Assembly (NCBI GenBank): GCA_021513695.1
Contig: CP084166.1
Location: forward strand, 608,001 to 672,000
Length of the DNA stretch: 64,000 bases
Direction of reading: 5' to 3'
Source of the DNA: Candidatus Heimdallarchaeum aukensis
GTDB lineage: Archaea; Asgardarchaeota; Heimdallarchaeia; Heimdallarchaeales; Heimdallarchaeaceae
Each line of letters begins with the position of its first letter. Position 1 is the stretch's first letter. Made by a program: the position numbers and the translations under genes. Shown piece by piece: positions 48,437-59,495 of the stretch. The notes beneath the pieces were generated by a model, which worked only from the letters and a program-made list of their open reading frames with translations, made no database searches and was not told where the DNA came from.

Positions 48437-49525
48437 ATGGATTCAAGAAAAGGAGATAAAATTTATGGACCTATAATTGTTTCTGCAGCAAATGCAGCAA
48501 GATCTTTTGATGCACCAGTAAGATATCCTCTATTGTTCAACTCTCCAGACGTCTTTGTAAAACCAATGGCTATGCCCAGAGCTTCTTCTTTCATTACTTT
48601 AATTGAGCATTTTCTAGGATTGTTAATTTTATTACCAATTCTTCTAATAAAAAGAGGAACAAAGCAAGTTTTTGGTGTTTTCAAGGAGTTTGATAGAAGA
48701 GACTGGATTTCTTTAATTTTCATTTCTGCTGGTGGTTCAGCTTTAGGGTTATTTTTCTTCCTAATTTCATTGGGATTAGGAAACCCTACAGTAGCGATAT
48801 TAATTCAAAAATCTCAACCACTCATAACACTGATTTTTGCAATTTTTATATTAAAAGAGAAACCAAGTCTACGTTTCTACGTTGTTCTTCTATTAGCAAT
48901 AACTGGTATTGGTCTGATAGCTTGGCCAGATATTTCAAAAAGTGTTCAAACTCTAGAGTTTACAGGACTAATTGCCATTCTTTGCTCACTTTTAGCAGCT
49001 GTTTTTTGGGGTGGTAGCACAGTTTTTGGAAGAATATTAACAAAAAAAGTTGATTATTGGAATTTAACCCTATTTAGGTATATTGGAGGATTTTTCTTTT
49101 TATTGGTCTTCAATATTTTTACTTTCACCTATAACTCAACCTATTTTGGGCTGCTTACACAAAAAATAAATGTTTTTGGACATTATGTGGATGGGTCATT
49201 TGTTCCTTTAGATTGGCAGTGGATAGGAATCCTTTGTATTCTCTACGCAGCTATACTTACTGGAGGAGTGCTTCCTTTAGCTCTCTATTATTTTGGTCTC
49301 ACAAGGTCCAAAGCTTCAGTAGCAGGGCTGGCAGAACTAGCTTTCCCTATTCTATCGATATTTATTAATTATTATTTCTTGGGATTTGGGTTAGAACCAA
49401 TACAAATTGTAGGAGCAATAATATTATTAGCAAGCGTTTCAACACTATCTTACATTAATGCTAAAGAGTTTGAACGAGATCAACAAATTCTTTTAGAAAA
49501 AGATAGAATGAAAGAAAAAAATTAA
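48437..49525 (+). CDS. EamA/DMT-superfamily permease
   Basis: About 10 hydrophobic helices in a two-half duplicated layout. The true start may be the internal Met at 48566 (MAMPRASSF). Confidence 0.6.
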   Translation: MDSRKGDKIYGPIIVSAANAARSFDAPVRYPLLFNSPDVFVKPMAMPRASSFITLIEHFLGLLILLPILLIKRGTKQVFGVFKEFDRRDWISLIFISAGGSALGLFFFLISLGLGNPTVAILIQKSQPLITLIFAIFILKEKPSLRFYVVLLLAITGIGLIAWPDISKSVQTLEFTGLIAILCSLLAAVFWGGSTVFGRILTKKVDYWNLTLFRYIGGFFFLLVFNIFTFTYNSTYFGLLTQKINVFGHYVDGSFVPLDWQWIGILCILYAAILTGGVLPLALYYFGLTRSKASVAGLAELAFPILSIFINYYFLGFGLEPIQIVGAIILLASVSTLSYINAKEFERDQQILLEKDRMKEKN

Positions 49526-49582
49526 ACTATTTCTTCTCTCTTTTTCCCTTAACTTTTTTTAGGAGAACATTATTGGAAAAGT

Positions 49583-50578
49583 ATGGAAATAATTCCGTTG
49601 GCATGTGAATCATTAGGAACTAGATCTTTTTCTCATTTAGTCATAACAGAAGATGTGAAAATATTAATTGACCCTTCAGTTTCTCTTGCACCTAGAAGAT
49701 TTAGACTCAACCCTCACCCTTTAGAGATAGCAGCATCGTGGATTTCGAGAGAAACAATCCTGAAAGCAGTATCTTTGAGTGAAATAATTATACAAACACA
49801 TTATCATGCAGATCATTTTACTCTACCAGAACGCAGAATCTATGAGTTTACTAACAAAAATGTTTTTGAAAAGATTTATTCTAAAGAAAAGACAATTTAT
49901 GCTAAAGATCCAGAAAATAATATTAATTATAATCAAAAAAGAAGAGCAAAATATCTTTGGAAAACAAAAAAGAGAAAATTGTTCGAAGCTGAAGGGATTT
50001 CTTTCCAAATCGGAAATACGAGAATAAAGTTTTCTGAAGCTGTTCCACATAATATTGATGAAAGATTAGGTTTTGTTTTTGAAACAGTAATTGACGATGG
50101 AAAAACAAAGTATCTCTACACTTCAGATGTTAGTGGGCCTGTTTCAGAAAAAGCAACAGAGTTTATATTAAACGAAGAACCAGATATTTTAGTTCTAGAT
50201 GGCCCCACATATTATCATCCTAGGGTTTCTAAAAAAGAAAAAGAGATAGCATTCAAAAACCTAAATATAATAGTAGAATCAATAGAAGAAATTTATATCG
50301 AACATCACTTTTTAAGGAAAAAAAATTGGAAAGAAAAACTAGAAAAAGAAGTTGAAACCAAGCTTCCTGCTTTTAGCCAAATAATCAATTTAGAACCAAT
50401 TATATTAGAAGCTATGAGAAAAGAACTTTTTAAAGAAATAGAAGTTCAAGAAGAATTTTATTCTTTACTTGAACAAGGATTAGTTAATACTGATTTTTAT
50501 CTTAAAATACTAAAAGAGAACAACATAGATACTTATTGGCAAAAAATTAGAAAAAAAATAGAGAAATATTGTTGTTAA
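49583..50578 (+). CDS. metallo-beta-lactamase-fold protein (archaeal UPF0282-like)
   Basis: THYHADHFT (HxHxDH) near the N-terminal third, about 330 aa. Confidence 0.5.
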   Translation: MEIIPLACESLGTRSFSHLVITEDVKILIDPSVSLAPRRFRLNPHPLEIAASWISRETILKAVSLSEIIIQTHYHADHFTLPERRIYEFTNKNVFEKIYSKEKTIYAKDPENNINYNQKRRAKYLWKTKKRKLFEAEGISFQIGNTRIKFSEAVPHNIDERLGFVFETVIDDGKTKYLYTSDVSGPVSEKATEFILNEEPDILVLDGPTYYHPRVSKKEKEIAFKNLNIIVESIEEIYIEHHFLRKKNWKEKLEKEVETKLPAFSQIINLEPIILEAMRKELFKEIEVQEEFYSLLEQGLVNTDFYLKILKENNIDTYWQKIRKKIEKYCC

Positions 50579-50583
50579 AAAGG

Positions 50584-52170
50584 TTAAATTTTAGGCTCTA
50601 ATATTTCTCCTTTCGGATATTTTATGATATAGGAAATATTGATCTTTTCTTCTTTTCCTGGTTCAATAGATATTTTCCACTCCAACACTCCTTGATTCTG
50701 CTTTCTAGGTTCTGGAGAGATTTCCTTAGTGATTACCTCAATATTTGGATCTTGGGGATATGGAATTCGCTCTATTACTTTTAGTTCAGCTTTTTCTTCA
50801 ATTTGATTCTTAATTTTTATTTGATAGTGGAAGTCTATTTGTTCTTTTCCTTTAGTAATTCCTGCTTTTGCTACTTCTCGTTTGAGCAACTTTCTTTCTA
50901 TCTTCAAATCATAGCTTTCAATTAAACCAACAGTAAATTCATCTTTAGGATGGATTAAATCCAAGTGACTCTGACTAATAAATTCTCCATCAATGAAAAC
51001 TTTAGCATCTCCTTCCAATAAAAATTGATCTTCATTCTTTAATTTGTGAGTTAGAATAAGCTTTTCATCGAGAGAGCTCCAATAATACTGCTTTTCTACT
51101 TTTACTTTAAAGCTATCCAAGTACAAAGTTTTAGGTGTTTTTCCTGAAGGAATGTCATGCTTTCCACTAAGTTCAAACCTTTGGTGTCCTACTACACTTG
51201 TACTCTTAGCAGTTTCAACATAAAGATCGTCTAATTCTGCTTCAGGTACAGGAGCTGGAGCTGGCTTCATCAATTCTTTTTCAGCAATAGCCATAGCTTT
51301 AGGTCTCATAGCTCTTTTAACGCCATAATCTTGTTTCTTTACTCTAGATGCACTTACAGGATATACAGGTTCATATAAATAGAGGTATAAAGGATCAACT
51401 TCTTCAATTGAGATGGGTTTCCGATTAGCAGTAGAAATTGTAACTTTGGTCTTATCCCAATCAATTCTAGTCCTATTATAGACTTTAGCTAATCGTTGTA
51501 TTAGTGCTTCACCTTTAGTTAGTTCAATCATGTAAACAGGAGTCCATGAAGCTTGAGACACAGTATAGCTTAATTCTAATTCTATTTCACAATCTTCTTG
51601 AGCATCTAAAATAATATTTATCTCGTAAAACTCATTTTCAAGATATTGCATCTGATTCTTTTTTTCTTTTAGAGAATTAAGCAACTTATTTAATTCTATA
51701 ATTTCGTGCTCTAATTGAATTTTTTTAGCATTCTCAGCCTCTATTTGACTTTGATAGAAAGAATAATACTCTCGAAAATCATCAACAGTTTTATTCTTAA
51801 TCATTCCATAGCGACCAAATCCTTCTGCAATACTCTTAATGGTAGTTGTAAGGGCGTTAATTGAAACCTTCAAAGATTCTAACCTTAAGTTCCTCTGTTC
51901 GATTTCTTTTTCTGTCTTCAAGATTTCTTTCTCAATTTCAATTAAATTTTCTTCATCTCTATAGATGTGCTGGAGAACAGGAGAAATATCAACAAGTTTA
52001 ACTTTACCAGTCCCTCTAACTTTTATAGAATCCTCATCTAAAAACTCAGATAATTCAGTAACAGTTAAAGTTTGCTCGCCTTTTACTAATTTAACCTTTT
52101 TCTGTCTTGTAATTAAAGCTCCATCAGTTAAAACAGTTACTTCTTTGATTGGAAGAGTTATTTTCTTCAT
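50584..52170 (-). CDS. DUF4140/DUF4139-family protein (coiled-coil centre)
   Basis: N-terminal IKEVTVLTDGALITRQKKVKLVKGEQTLTVTELSEFLDEDSIKVRGTG matches the DUF4140 N-domain pattern. About 528 aa with a central coiled-coil. Confidence 0.5.
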   Translation of the reverse strand: MKKITLPIKEVTVLTDGALITRQKKVKLVKGEQTLTVTELSEFLDEDSIKVRGTGKVKLVDISPVLQHIYRDEENLIEIEKEILKTEKEIEQRNLRLESLKVSINALTTTIKSIAEGFGRYGMIKNKTVDDFREYYSFYQSQIEAENAKKIQLEHEIIELNKLLNSLKEKKNQMQYLENEFYEINIILDAQEDCEIELELSYTVSQASWTPVYMIELTKGEALIQRLAKVYNRTRIDWDKTKVTISTANRKPISIEEVDPLYLYLYEPVYPVSASRVKKQDYGVKRAMRPKAMAIAEKELMKPAPAPVPEAELDDLYVETAKSTSVVGHQRFELSGKHDIPSGKTPKTLYLDSFKVKVEKQYYWSSLDEKLILTHKLKNEDQFLLEGDAKVFIDGEFISQSHLDLIHPKDEFTVGLIESYDLKIERKLLKREVAKAGITKGKEQIDFHYQIKIKNQIEEKAELKVIERIPYPQDPNIEVITKEISPEPRKQNQGVLEWKISIEPGKEEKINISYIIKYPKGEILEPKI

Positions 52171-52246
52171 AAATTAAACTTTAATTCAAAGTAAATAAAA
52201 GTATTGTAGAGAGAAAGAAAAAATCAATTAATTCTTTCTTTAATTC

Positions 52247-53026
52247 CTATTCTTCTGTTGTTGAAAGACCACCTAAGAAAGTAGAAATAAACTGAATAAA
52301 TCTTTCTTCTTCAGGAACACCCTCTTCATCCATCTCTTTCAAGAACTCTTTTTGTAGTTCTGTAACTTTCCTGTAAAAGTCTCTAACTGTTTCTGCTAAT
52401 TTTATTACATGTGCAAATTTAGATAGTTTAATTGTTCTAACAATCAAAGATGTCTCTGAACGTGGATATTTGAAATGCTCTTTCAAGTAATCCAACCCTT
52501 TTTTCTCTAGAGTTTCTTTTACTTTGAATTCAATATCAATTAGTTCATTTGCTATAGATGTCTCAATATTATGAATAAAAGAAAGATATTGCTTAAACGA
52601 TTGTGAAAATGATTTTTCTCCTTCACTTTTTAACAACTTTTCCAATATTTCTTTTTCTATTTCTCTTTCAGATAATTCTTTGTATTTTTTCAATTTCTTG
52701 TCAAAATCACTTTCTTCTTTTACATAATCTTCAATATTCTTTCGATATAAAGAAGCAATGTTTTCTTCTAATCTGTAAAATTTGCCCCATGATGAAGCAG
52801 TTTTTTCAGCATCTACTTCAACCATATTATCATCAAGTAACTGTTTTAAATACCTTAATGTAGTCGTTTCAGGTTTTCCTATCAAAGTGCTTAACTTCTT
52901 TAGATTCAAAGATCCATACCAACTTAAAGCTGTAATTATCGCAAATTTGTTTGGATCATCGACCCACAATTTTTCGTATTTTTCTTCAATTTCCTTGATT
53001 TTTTCTTCTTCAGCCATTCTTTTCAA
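52247..53026 (-). CDS. putative winged-helix DNA-binding protein (paralogue of 19494-20171)
   Basis: DPNKFAIITALSWYGSLNLKKLSTLIGKPETTTLRYLKQLLDDNMVEV. Confidence 0.4.
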   Translation of the reverse strand: MKRMAEEEKIKEIEEKYEKLWVDDPNKFAIITALSWYGSLNLKKLSTLIGKPETTTLRYLKQLLDDNMVEVDAEKTASSWGKFYRLEENIASLYRKNIEDYVKEESDFDKKLKKYKELSEREIEKEILEKLLKSEGEKSFSQSFKQYLSFIHNIETSIANELIDIEFKVKETLEKKGLDYLKEHFKYPRSETSLIVRTIKLSKFAHVIKLAETVRDFYRKVTELQKEFLKEMDEEGVPEEERFIQFISTFLGGLSTTEE

Positions 53027-53297
53027 TTAAATGTTTGTTCAAACATATATAATTTTTTCCATTGTGAAATTATTTCCATTATAACAATATATTTATATAC
53101 CAGTTTGGCATAATTATCACAACAGAAAAAATTCCAATTTGGAATTAATTCATAGGTGGTGAGAAAAAAATGAAAGAAAGAAGGAAAAGAGAAAACAGAA
53201 TTAGAGAGACAAATAACACAATATGGACATTTAATGGTCACTTTTGTTCAGTAAGTTCTTCAAGAGTGAACAATCAAAGAATAAATAGGGATCAACG

Positions 53298-54710
53298 ATG
53301 AGTCTAGAGGAAGAAAATATAACTAAAAAACCTAGAGCAATATCATTGCTGAAAAGTTGGGACTTTTCAGCTCTCTTTTTTGGTGGCTTTATAAATAATG
53401 TTGGGTCATATTTTACTTTCATTGGAATAGTCTTCTTTGCATTGGAATTAACAAAAGATCTTCCAAAAGAAGTAGCTACACAGGAAGTAGCACTCATATC
53501 TACTTTTACCTTGATTCCGATGCTTTTACTTGGCCCTATTGGCGGAGCAATAGCTGACAGAATTGATAGAAAGAAAATATTGTATTTAGCTGATTTACTT
53601 GGAGGATTGGCAGCATTTAGTCTATTTTTTTCAAATAAGATATGGCATCTCTATATCTTTAGTATAGTTAATGCTGCAGTAAGGCAATTTTTCTACCCTG
53701 CTAAACAAGCTTCATTGCCAAAAATCGTGAAACGAGAACAATTACTGAGTGCAAATGGCTTTATACAGTCTACTCAACAATTATCGAGAATTATAGGGCC
53801 ATTAGCTGCAGGATTTACAGTAGCTGCTTTTGGGCTAAAGATCGCCTTCCTTGTTGATGGAGTTTCTTATCTGATTTCAAGTATAATGATTATGACAATC
53901 CGTACTGACTTAAGACCTAAAAAGAATGGAGAAAGTATTACTATCAGCAACGTTTTCACTGACCTTAAAGACGGTTTTAAAATGGTAATAACCGACAATA
54001 TTCTTCGATTTATAATAATAATATTCTTCTTCACAATACTAGCAATTGGGTTCTTGGATCCATTATTTGTTCCTTATATTGACTTTGAATTTGGATTGGG
54101 TGAAAGAGACTTTGGTATATTAATGAGTTTTTCAGCAGTAAGTGGAATAATATCAGCTTTGCTTATTTCAGCCAAAAAACAGATGAAACGAAAGATTATG
54201 TTTATGCTTGTTACAATCGTGATACTTGGAACAATGACGACAATTATTGGTATAGCACCTTATATACCTGGAAGCATAATATGGCTATTTGCAGGATTTT
54301 CATTAATTGGGATGATTAATGTAGGTTTCAATGTTCCTTTCAGCACTTTACTTCAAAAAATCGTAAGAAATGAACATTTAGGAAAAATAAGCGGAATCAT
54401 CGACACTGTACTAACTATTGCATCACTACTAGCGAGTGTTTTTGCAGTCATTCTAGCTAGATATATTTCGATAAGTACAATATTTATGATTGTTTCTGCA
54501 GTAATAATCGCTGCAGGAATTCTAGGATTGTTCCTTAATAAGGTAAATCAATATGACAAAATTGCAATGAAGAGAGAAAAACAGATGACTGAAGAATTAG
54601 CTAAAGAAGAAAGAGAAATTTCAGATAGTCAAATAACCAATAAGATAGAAGAAGGTTATTCAGATAATGTTAATCCTTATCCAATAACAGAGCCAGCTCA
54701 TTATGATTGA
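53298..54710 (+). CDS. MFS transporter
   Basis: 470 aa, 12 predicted TM helices, an MFS-like loop ADRIDRKK after TM2, and a charged C-terminal tail. Confidence 0.75.
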   Translation: MSLEEENITKKPRAISLLKSWDFSALFFGGFINNVGSYFTFIGIVFFALELTKDLPKEVATQEVALISTFTLIPMLLLGPIGGAIADRIDRKKILYLADLLGGLAAFSLFFSNKIWHLYIFSIVNAAVRQFFYPAKQASLPKIVKREQLLSANGFIQSTQQLSRIIGPLAAGFTVAAFGLKIAFLVDGVSYLISSIMIMTIRTDLRPKKNGESITISNVFTDLKDGFKMVITDNILRFIIIIFFFTILAIGFLDPLFVPYIDFEFGLGERDFGILMSFSAVSGIISALLISAKKQMKRKIMFMLVTIVILGTMTTIIGIAPYIPGSIIWLFAGFSLIGMINVGFNVPFSTLLQKIVRNEHLGKISGIIDTVLTIASLLASVFAVILARYISISTIFMIVSAVIIAAGILGLFLNKVNQYDKIAMKREKQMTEELAKEEREISDSQITNKIEEGYSDNVNPYPITEPAHYD

Positions 54711-54750
54711 GAATTCTTCATTAAATTTTTTACCCTTTTTTTGCTCTTTA

Positions 54751-55980
54751 TATAGTACTTCCGCAATAACTTAGACTCTCTCACCTCCATACAAACTTGA
54801 ACGTAAACACCTCAAGGTGAAATAGAGAGTAACAGGTCTTGAGCGTTTCAAGAGCGGTTTGTCAGACGGGGGAGTGAAAAAAGGAGGGATAACAGAAGAG
54901 CGAAAACAGACATATAAAGCGAGGACGAGAAGAGAAAAACAAAGATACAAGAACCTGACGGTGGCATTATTCGTAGTTGTAGAAACACTAATACTCTTGA
55001 GAAGACGGTAGGACGTCTCTATACCCCACCGATGACAATAATCGTAGATCTGTTGCTCTGAAGAGATATGCCAACTGATACAAACAAACCAGTCTTTCCG
55101 CTTTGGGAGCCAATAAGCATGCAACATAACTTCTGTAGTTAGTTTCACCTTGTCCACTTTTCATAGTGTAAGGAACAGAAGTTATTTTACCTGTTTTAGG
55201 AAAGGTTTCCAGGTATGACCTAATCTTCTTATTTTTCCGTGCCCCAATGACGAAAGGAATAGTGTATTCTTGTAGTAGTTTCACTACTTCAACAGAATAA
55301 AAACCTCTATCTGCATACAACACCTTTATGCTCCTGTTTTTAAGACTAAACTTGTTGAAGAGCGATTCTAATAGTCCCTCTTTAGAATCAAAAGTTGACA
55401 CGGTAAATGCACCTAAAGGAAGAGCACCATAAGATGATTTAACTGTTGACACCGTGATATATCGATAAAATCATTCATTTTTATACTGGTGAATATACTC
55501 ATCTCTTCTTTTCCCATAATATCGTATGTCCATCGTGTCTACTGCTAGTATTAATGGACTCTTTATTTTCTTCTTTCTTTTCAATAGTTCCCCACACTGC
55601 TGAAATGAAGAGATGAAAACCTCTGATATGCCGTTTATATCCAATTTGTTCAAGTGATAACGTATTGTATCTCCGTCTTTAGTCGAAAATTGTTCAGCTG
55701 ACTGCTCGATAGATGTTTGTTCCACCACTGCTCCCAAGACGGTCTTCTTAACCTCTTCTTTTGTTTCCCCTCTTTTCCTCTGTCCTTTGTGTGGAAAATC
55801 CATCTTTCTTATCCAGTGACAAACTTTTATACTTGTTTTCCTATCTTCTCTTGTGGGTTGAAAGCGTTTTTCTAAAAAACTTTTGACCGATTTTAATAAG
55901 CTGAAGTTAGAATTGTTCATATTATTATTGTCGGGCTTTCAACCCATAACTTTTACGATAATTCGGAAGTACTATTATAT
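54751..55980 (-). mobile_element. IS4-family insertion sequence with imperfect terminal inverted repeats and a disrupted transposase
   Basis: Left end TATAGTACTTCCGCAAT (54751-54767). The reverse complement of the right end (55961-55980) is ATATAATAGTACTTCCGAAT, sharing a 12-bp perfect core ATAGTACTTCCG. The interior is visibly G+C-richer than its flanks. Confidence 0.65.
54771..55920 (-). pseudogene. IS4-family DDE transposase split over three overlapping frames
   Basis: N-terminal part LILAVDTMDIRYYG (D1), middle VLYADRGFYS (D2), C-terminal part YDYCHRWGIETSYRLLK = Y-(2)-R-(3)-E-(6)-K IS4 signature. The three ORFs overlap (54771-55157, 54988-55452, 55471-55920). Confidence 0.7.
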
Positions 55981-56019
55981 AAAAAAAATTTAAATATTAA
56001 ATATTTAAAATATTGTAGA

Positions 56020-57513
56020 TTGCTTTCGCCATATACTAAAGAATTCCTGAAACAGTTTAGAGATTCTCCAAAAAAAACTATTAACAAATTAAAGTCTAAA
56101 TTATCAAAAACAGAAAATGCAATAGATAAAATAAATATTCTCTTAACTTTATCCTTTTTTTGTATATCACAGGGTAATTTTCTCGAATCTTTAGAATATG
56201 CTAAAAAAGCTTTAGATCTCTCAAGGAAAGAGAAGGATGTATTTTTAGAAATACAATCTTTTTTGTTAATTGCAGAAGCTTATTTCTTCCTTGGTAAGCT
56301 AGATATAGCTTCTCAAAATATTGAATTAATTGAAATCTTACTGCATGAAGATGCCTTTAAAGACGAGAAAAACCTTTATACTGAACTTCTTGCTCATTTA
56401 TGTAAAATTAAGGGGAACATTTCTTTTAGCAAGAGAGAATATAGTAATGCACTTGATTTGTATAAAAAATGTAGTAAATTGTACAAAAAAATAGATAATA
56501 AAGAAGCTGAAGCAAAAATACTTTCTAATCTAGGTGTAGTAAACCAAAATATAGGGAAATATGATCAAGCAATCAGCTATCTTAACCAAGCAAAAGAAAT
56601 TTATGAAGAAGTTGATGATCATAGAGGAATTGGAATCTGTTTAAACAACATTGCAGAAGTTTATAGAATTCAACATAAATATAAAAAAGCTATTGAATAC
56701 TATAAACAATCTTTAGAAATTGGTACAAATAGAAATAGCAATTTTATTAGTTTTCTTGCTTATTTTAACCTAGGTTTAACTTACATGACTATACAAGATT
56801 ACAATAAAGCAAAAATGTATTTTGAAAATAGTGTGAAATTGTGTAATGAAATAGGAAATACTAGTTATCTAGCAATGTCATATTTTTATTTAGGAAGAAT
56901 AATGGTTAATCTATTAGATTCAAAAAATGTATCTAACTTCATTTTAGAATTAGAGGAACAAGTGTCTATCCACAATTCATCTGAACTAAAATATGTTCAT
57001 AAGATTTTACTAGCTTTACTCAAATTAAATTCTGGAAAGAGGATAGAAAGATGTAAAGCAATAAAAATATTTGATGACTTACTCAATACTGAAACAAATA
57101 TCCAAGAATTCTATTTCTACACAGGAATACAACTTTGTAATTTTTTCTTTGATGAATTATATGCTTTTGAAAAAGAAGAAATATTGGATGAGTTAAACAG
57201 TTTCTTCAATCAAATTTTAGAAAAAATTAATGAACATGAGGATTTCATTCTGGGATTACAAATTGTCCTATTATACATCCATTTTCTAGCTTTGGTAGAT
57301 GAGAGAACAACGATGAATAATTATTACAATAGGACAAGAAAGATGCTTAATAATAAGAATTTAACAAATTTCGAGAAAATAATGGAAGAATATTGGAAAA
57401 TTATTCAAGAAGCAATTGAAGATATAAATTGGAGAGATTACACAATTAAAGAGAGAATGGAATTACTTGGTATTAAAGAACTATTAGAAAACATAATAGA
57501 AAGATTTGTTTAG
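56020..57513 (+). CDS. TPR repeat protein
   Basis: Multiple 34-aa units (NLGVVNQNIGKYDQAISYLNQAKEIY, NNIAEVYRIQHKYKKAIEYYKQSLEI, etc.). No C-terminal roadblock-like domain. Confidence 0.7.
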   Translation: MLSPYTKEFLKQFRDSPKKTINKLKSKLSKTENAIDKINILLTLSFFCISQGNFLESLEYAKKALDLSRKEKDVFLEIQSFLLIAEAYFFLGKLDIASQNIELIEILLHEDAFKDEKNLYTELLAHLCKIKGNISFSKREYSNALDLYKKCSKLYKKIDNKEAEAKILSNLGVVNQNIGKYDQAISYLNQAKEIYEEVDDHRGIGICLNNIAEVYRIQHKYKKAIEYYKQSLEIGTNRNSNFISFLAYFNLGLTYMTIQDYNKAKMYFENSVKLCNEIGNTSYLAMSYFYLGRIMVNLLDSKNVSNFILELEEQVSIHNSSELKYVHKILLALLKLNSGKRIERCKAIKIFDDLLNTETNIQEFYFYTGIQLCNFFFDELYAFEKEEILDELNSFFNQILEKINEHEDFILGLQIVLLYIHFLALVDERTTMNNYYNRTRKMLNNKNLTNFEKIMEEYWKIIQEAIEDINWRDYTIKERMELLGIKELLENIIERFV

Positions 57514-57564
57514 CTTATCTACTATTTTTTGGCAAATATATTAATGAAAAAGAATTTATCTTTA

Positions 57565-58395
57565 TTATTTGAGTTTTTTGCTCAATAGCCAGTAATTATT
57601 CAGTAATTGAATCAGTTCTTCATAAACTTCCTGCATTTCTTTATTAGCTCCAATAATAGGTAATTCAATATTTAGTTGATGCTTATCTGAAAAATAGTTA
57701 AAGTATAAATCGTCAAATATTGAAATATCCATTCTAAAATACTCAAAATCTATTAAAGAAACTTGATTTCCATTCACAATTATATTCAAAGGCACTAAGT
57801 CCCCGTGTATATAACTAACTTTCAATCCTTCAATCTGTAAATTCTCATATAAATTCTTCAATTTATTTTCTAATTTTGGAATTTTTGCAGACATATACTC
57901 AGGAACATTTAGATTCATTTTTTCATAATTATCAAAAACTCTAAAATAAAAGGATTGTAACTTTGAAAATTGTTTTTTAGCTTTCTTAATTTTTTTGTTA
58001 GTATAACCATGAATAAAATCAATAGTCTTTCGAAGTTCTTCTTCTATGTTCTTTCTTTCTTCATTTGTTAGGTTTGTTATTTCCTTTCCTATAATGTAAT
58101 TATAACAAAGAATTTTAGAATTATCAGTCCAAATTAATTTTGGAGCAATTTTTCCTCCAAAGAGCTCTAAAGCTCTTTTTTCGTTTTGAAGTCTTTTTTC
58201 AGCAGGAATAGCTTGATCTTTTTCATAAATCTTACAAACTGCAATGGGAGAATTATCTTTTGATTCTATCAAAAACTTTGTATTAGATAGACCTTTTTCC
58301 ATTTTCTGCCATTTTAGCTTTACTGAAGAACTGAGATGAAAATAATTTCTGATTCTTTTATTTATTTTTTCTATTTGTTTTTCTGATAAAATCAT
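57565..58395 (-). CDS. APH/choline-kinase-family small-molecule kinase (thiamine-kinase/MTR-kinase-like fold)
   Basis: YIHGDLVPLNIIV (HGDxxxxN catalytic loop) and LIDFEY (DxE metal-binding) motifs. Overlaps the upstream ABC ATPase gene by 4 nt. Confidence 0.7.
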   Translation of the reverse strand: MILSEKQIEKINKRIRNYFHLSSSVKLKWQKMEKGLSNTKFLIESKDNSPIAVCKIYEKDQAIPAEKRLQNEKRALELFGGKIAPKLIWTDNSKILCYNYIIGKEITNLTNEERKNIEEELRKTIDFIHGYTNKKIKKAKKQFSKLQSFYFRVFDNYEKMNLNVPEYMSAKIPKLENKLKNLYENLQIEGLKVSYIHGDLVPLNIIVNGNQVSLIDFEYFRMDISIFDDLYFNYFSDKHQLNIELPIIGANKEMQEVYEELIQLLNNYWLLSKKLK

Positions 58396-59489
58396 AGCAA
58401 AACCACTTTTTCTGAAGCAATTTCAAGGGTTACATTTTGATTCGTTTTTAGATAGTTAACAAGTTCTTTATTTTCTGTGTCTACTTTTAGATATTCTATA
58501 TTTTCTCCTTGTATTTCAACCACTATTCTAAAAAGACTTTTTCCTATTTCAATTACTGATTTTATTATTCCTTTCTTAATTACACTTTCTTTTTCTTCAC
58601 TTAACTTCTTTTCTATTGTTGATATTTTAATTTCAGTGGGAGGAATTTTTATTCCAGTAATCTTTTTCCTTCTCTGCGTATCTGATAACGGTATTTTCAT
58701 TTGCCCAATTGTTGTATCTACTATAACAAAATTATCATTCTCTTTATTAATAGAATAGAATGAAACAGGAAATACGTTTAGACTCCCCATTATTTTTGCA
58801 GTGAGATAATTTAATGGCTTTCTATCTACTTCTATTATTTTTCCTATTTGTTGTACTTTTCCATCATACATTATCGCTACTCTATCTCCAATTAATCTTG
58901 CTTCTTCTTGGTTATGGGTAACATACAGTGTAGTAGTTTCTGTTTCTTTCTGGATTCTTCTAATTGTTAAAGCAAGAGCTTCTCTTCCTGAAGCATCGAT
59001 ACTCGAGAGGGGTTCATCTAAAAGAAGTATTTTGGGGTTAGTTACCATGCTTCTTGCTAAAGCCACTCTTTGTTTCTGCCCTCCACTTATTTCATGGGGA
59101 TATCGATCTAGTAAATCTTTAATTTCTGTAAGGTTCACTATCCACTCTAATTTCTCTTTAATCTGTTCTCTAGGTAGCTTTTTTGCTTTTAAACCAAAAA
59201 TAACATTATCTTTTACTTTCATATGAGGAAAGAGTATTTGTCCTTGAGGAACATAACCGATATTTCTTTTCTGAGGTGAAAGGTTTGAAATATCAACACC
59301 ATCAACAAAAATGCGCCCTGTTTCATGTTCTAAGATTCCAGCTATAACTTTCAACAATGATGTTTTTCCACAGCCAGATTCACCTAAAATGACTACTAAT
59401 TCTCCTGATTCTACTTCGAGACATAGATTGTCCAATATGTATTTTCTCTGATATCGCATTGAAAGATCTTTGATTTCTAACTTTGTCAT
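58392..59489 (-). CDS. ABC transporter ATP-binding protein with C-terminal TOBE-like domain (PotA/ThiQ/FbpC type)
   Basis: Walker A GESGCGKTS, signature ISGGQKQRV, Walker B LLLDEPLSSID, H-loop VTHNQ, and a ~130-aa C-terminal beta-rich extension. Confidence 0.85.
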   Translation of the reverse strand: MTKLEIKDLSMRYQRKYILDNLCLEVESGELVVILGESGCGKTSLLKVIAGILEHETGRIFVDGVDISNLSPQKRNIGYVPQGQILFPHMKVKDNVIFGLKAKKLPREQIKEKLEWIVNLTEIKDLLDRYPHEISGGQKQRVALARSMVTNPKILLLDEPLSSIDASGREALALTIRRIQKETETTTLYVTHNQEEARLIGDRVAIMYDGKVQQIGKIIEVDRKPLNYLTAKIMGSLNVFPVSFYSINKENDNFVIVDTTIGQMKIPLSDTQRRKKITGIKIPPTEIKISTIEKKLSEEKESVIKKGIIKSVIEIGKSLFRIVVEIQGENIEYLKVDTENKELVNYLKTNQNVTLEIASEKVVLL

Positions 59490-59495
59490 TTATTT

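Noticed and set aside
56020-57513. Fourth roadblock-like domain at the C-terminus of this TPR protein
   Set aside because: The C-terminal ~100 aa are helical (EDFILGLQIVLLYIHFLALVDERTT...) and lack the beta-strand GIPL / SGF(L/F)xAI pattern shared by the three bona fide copies.
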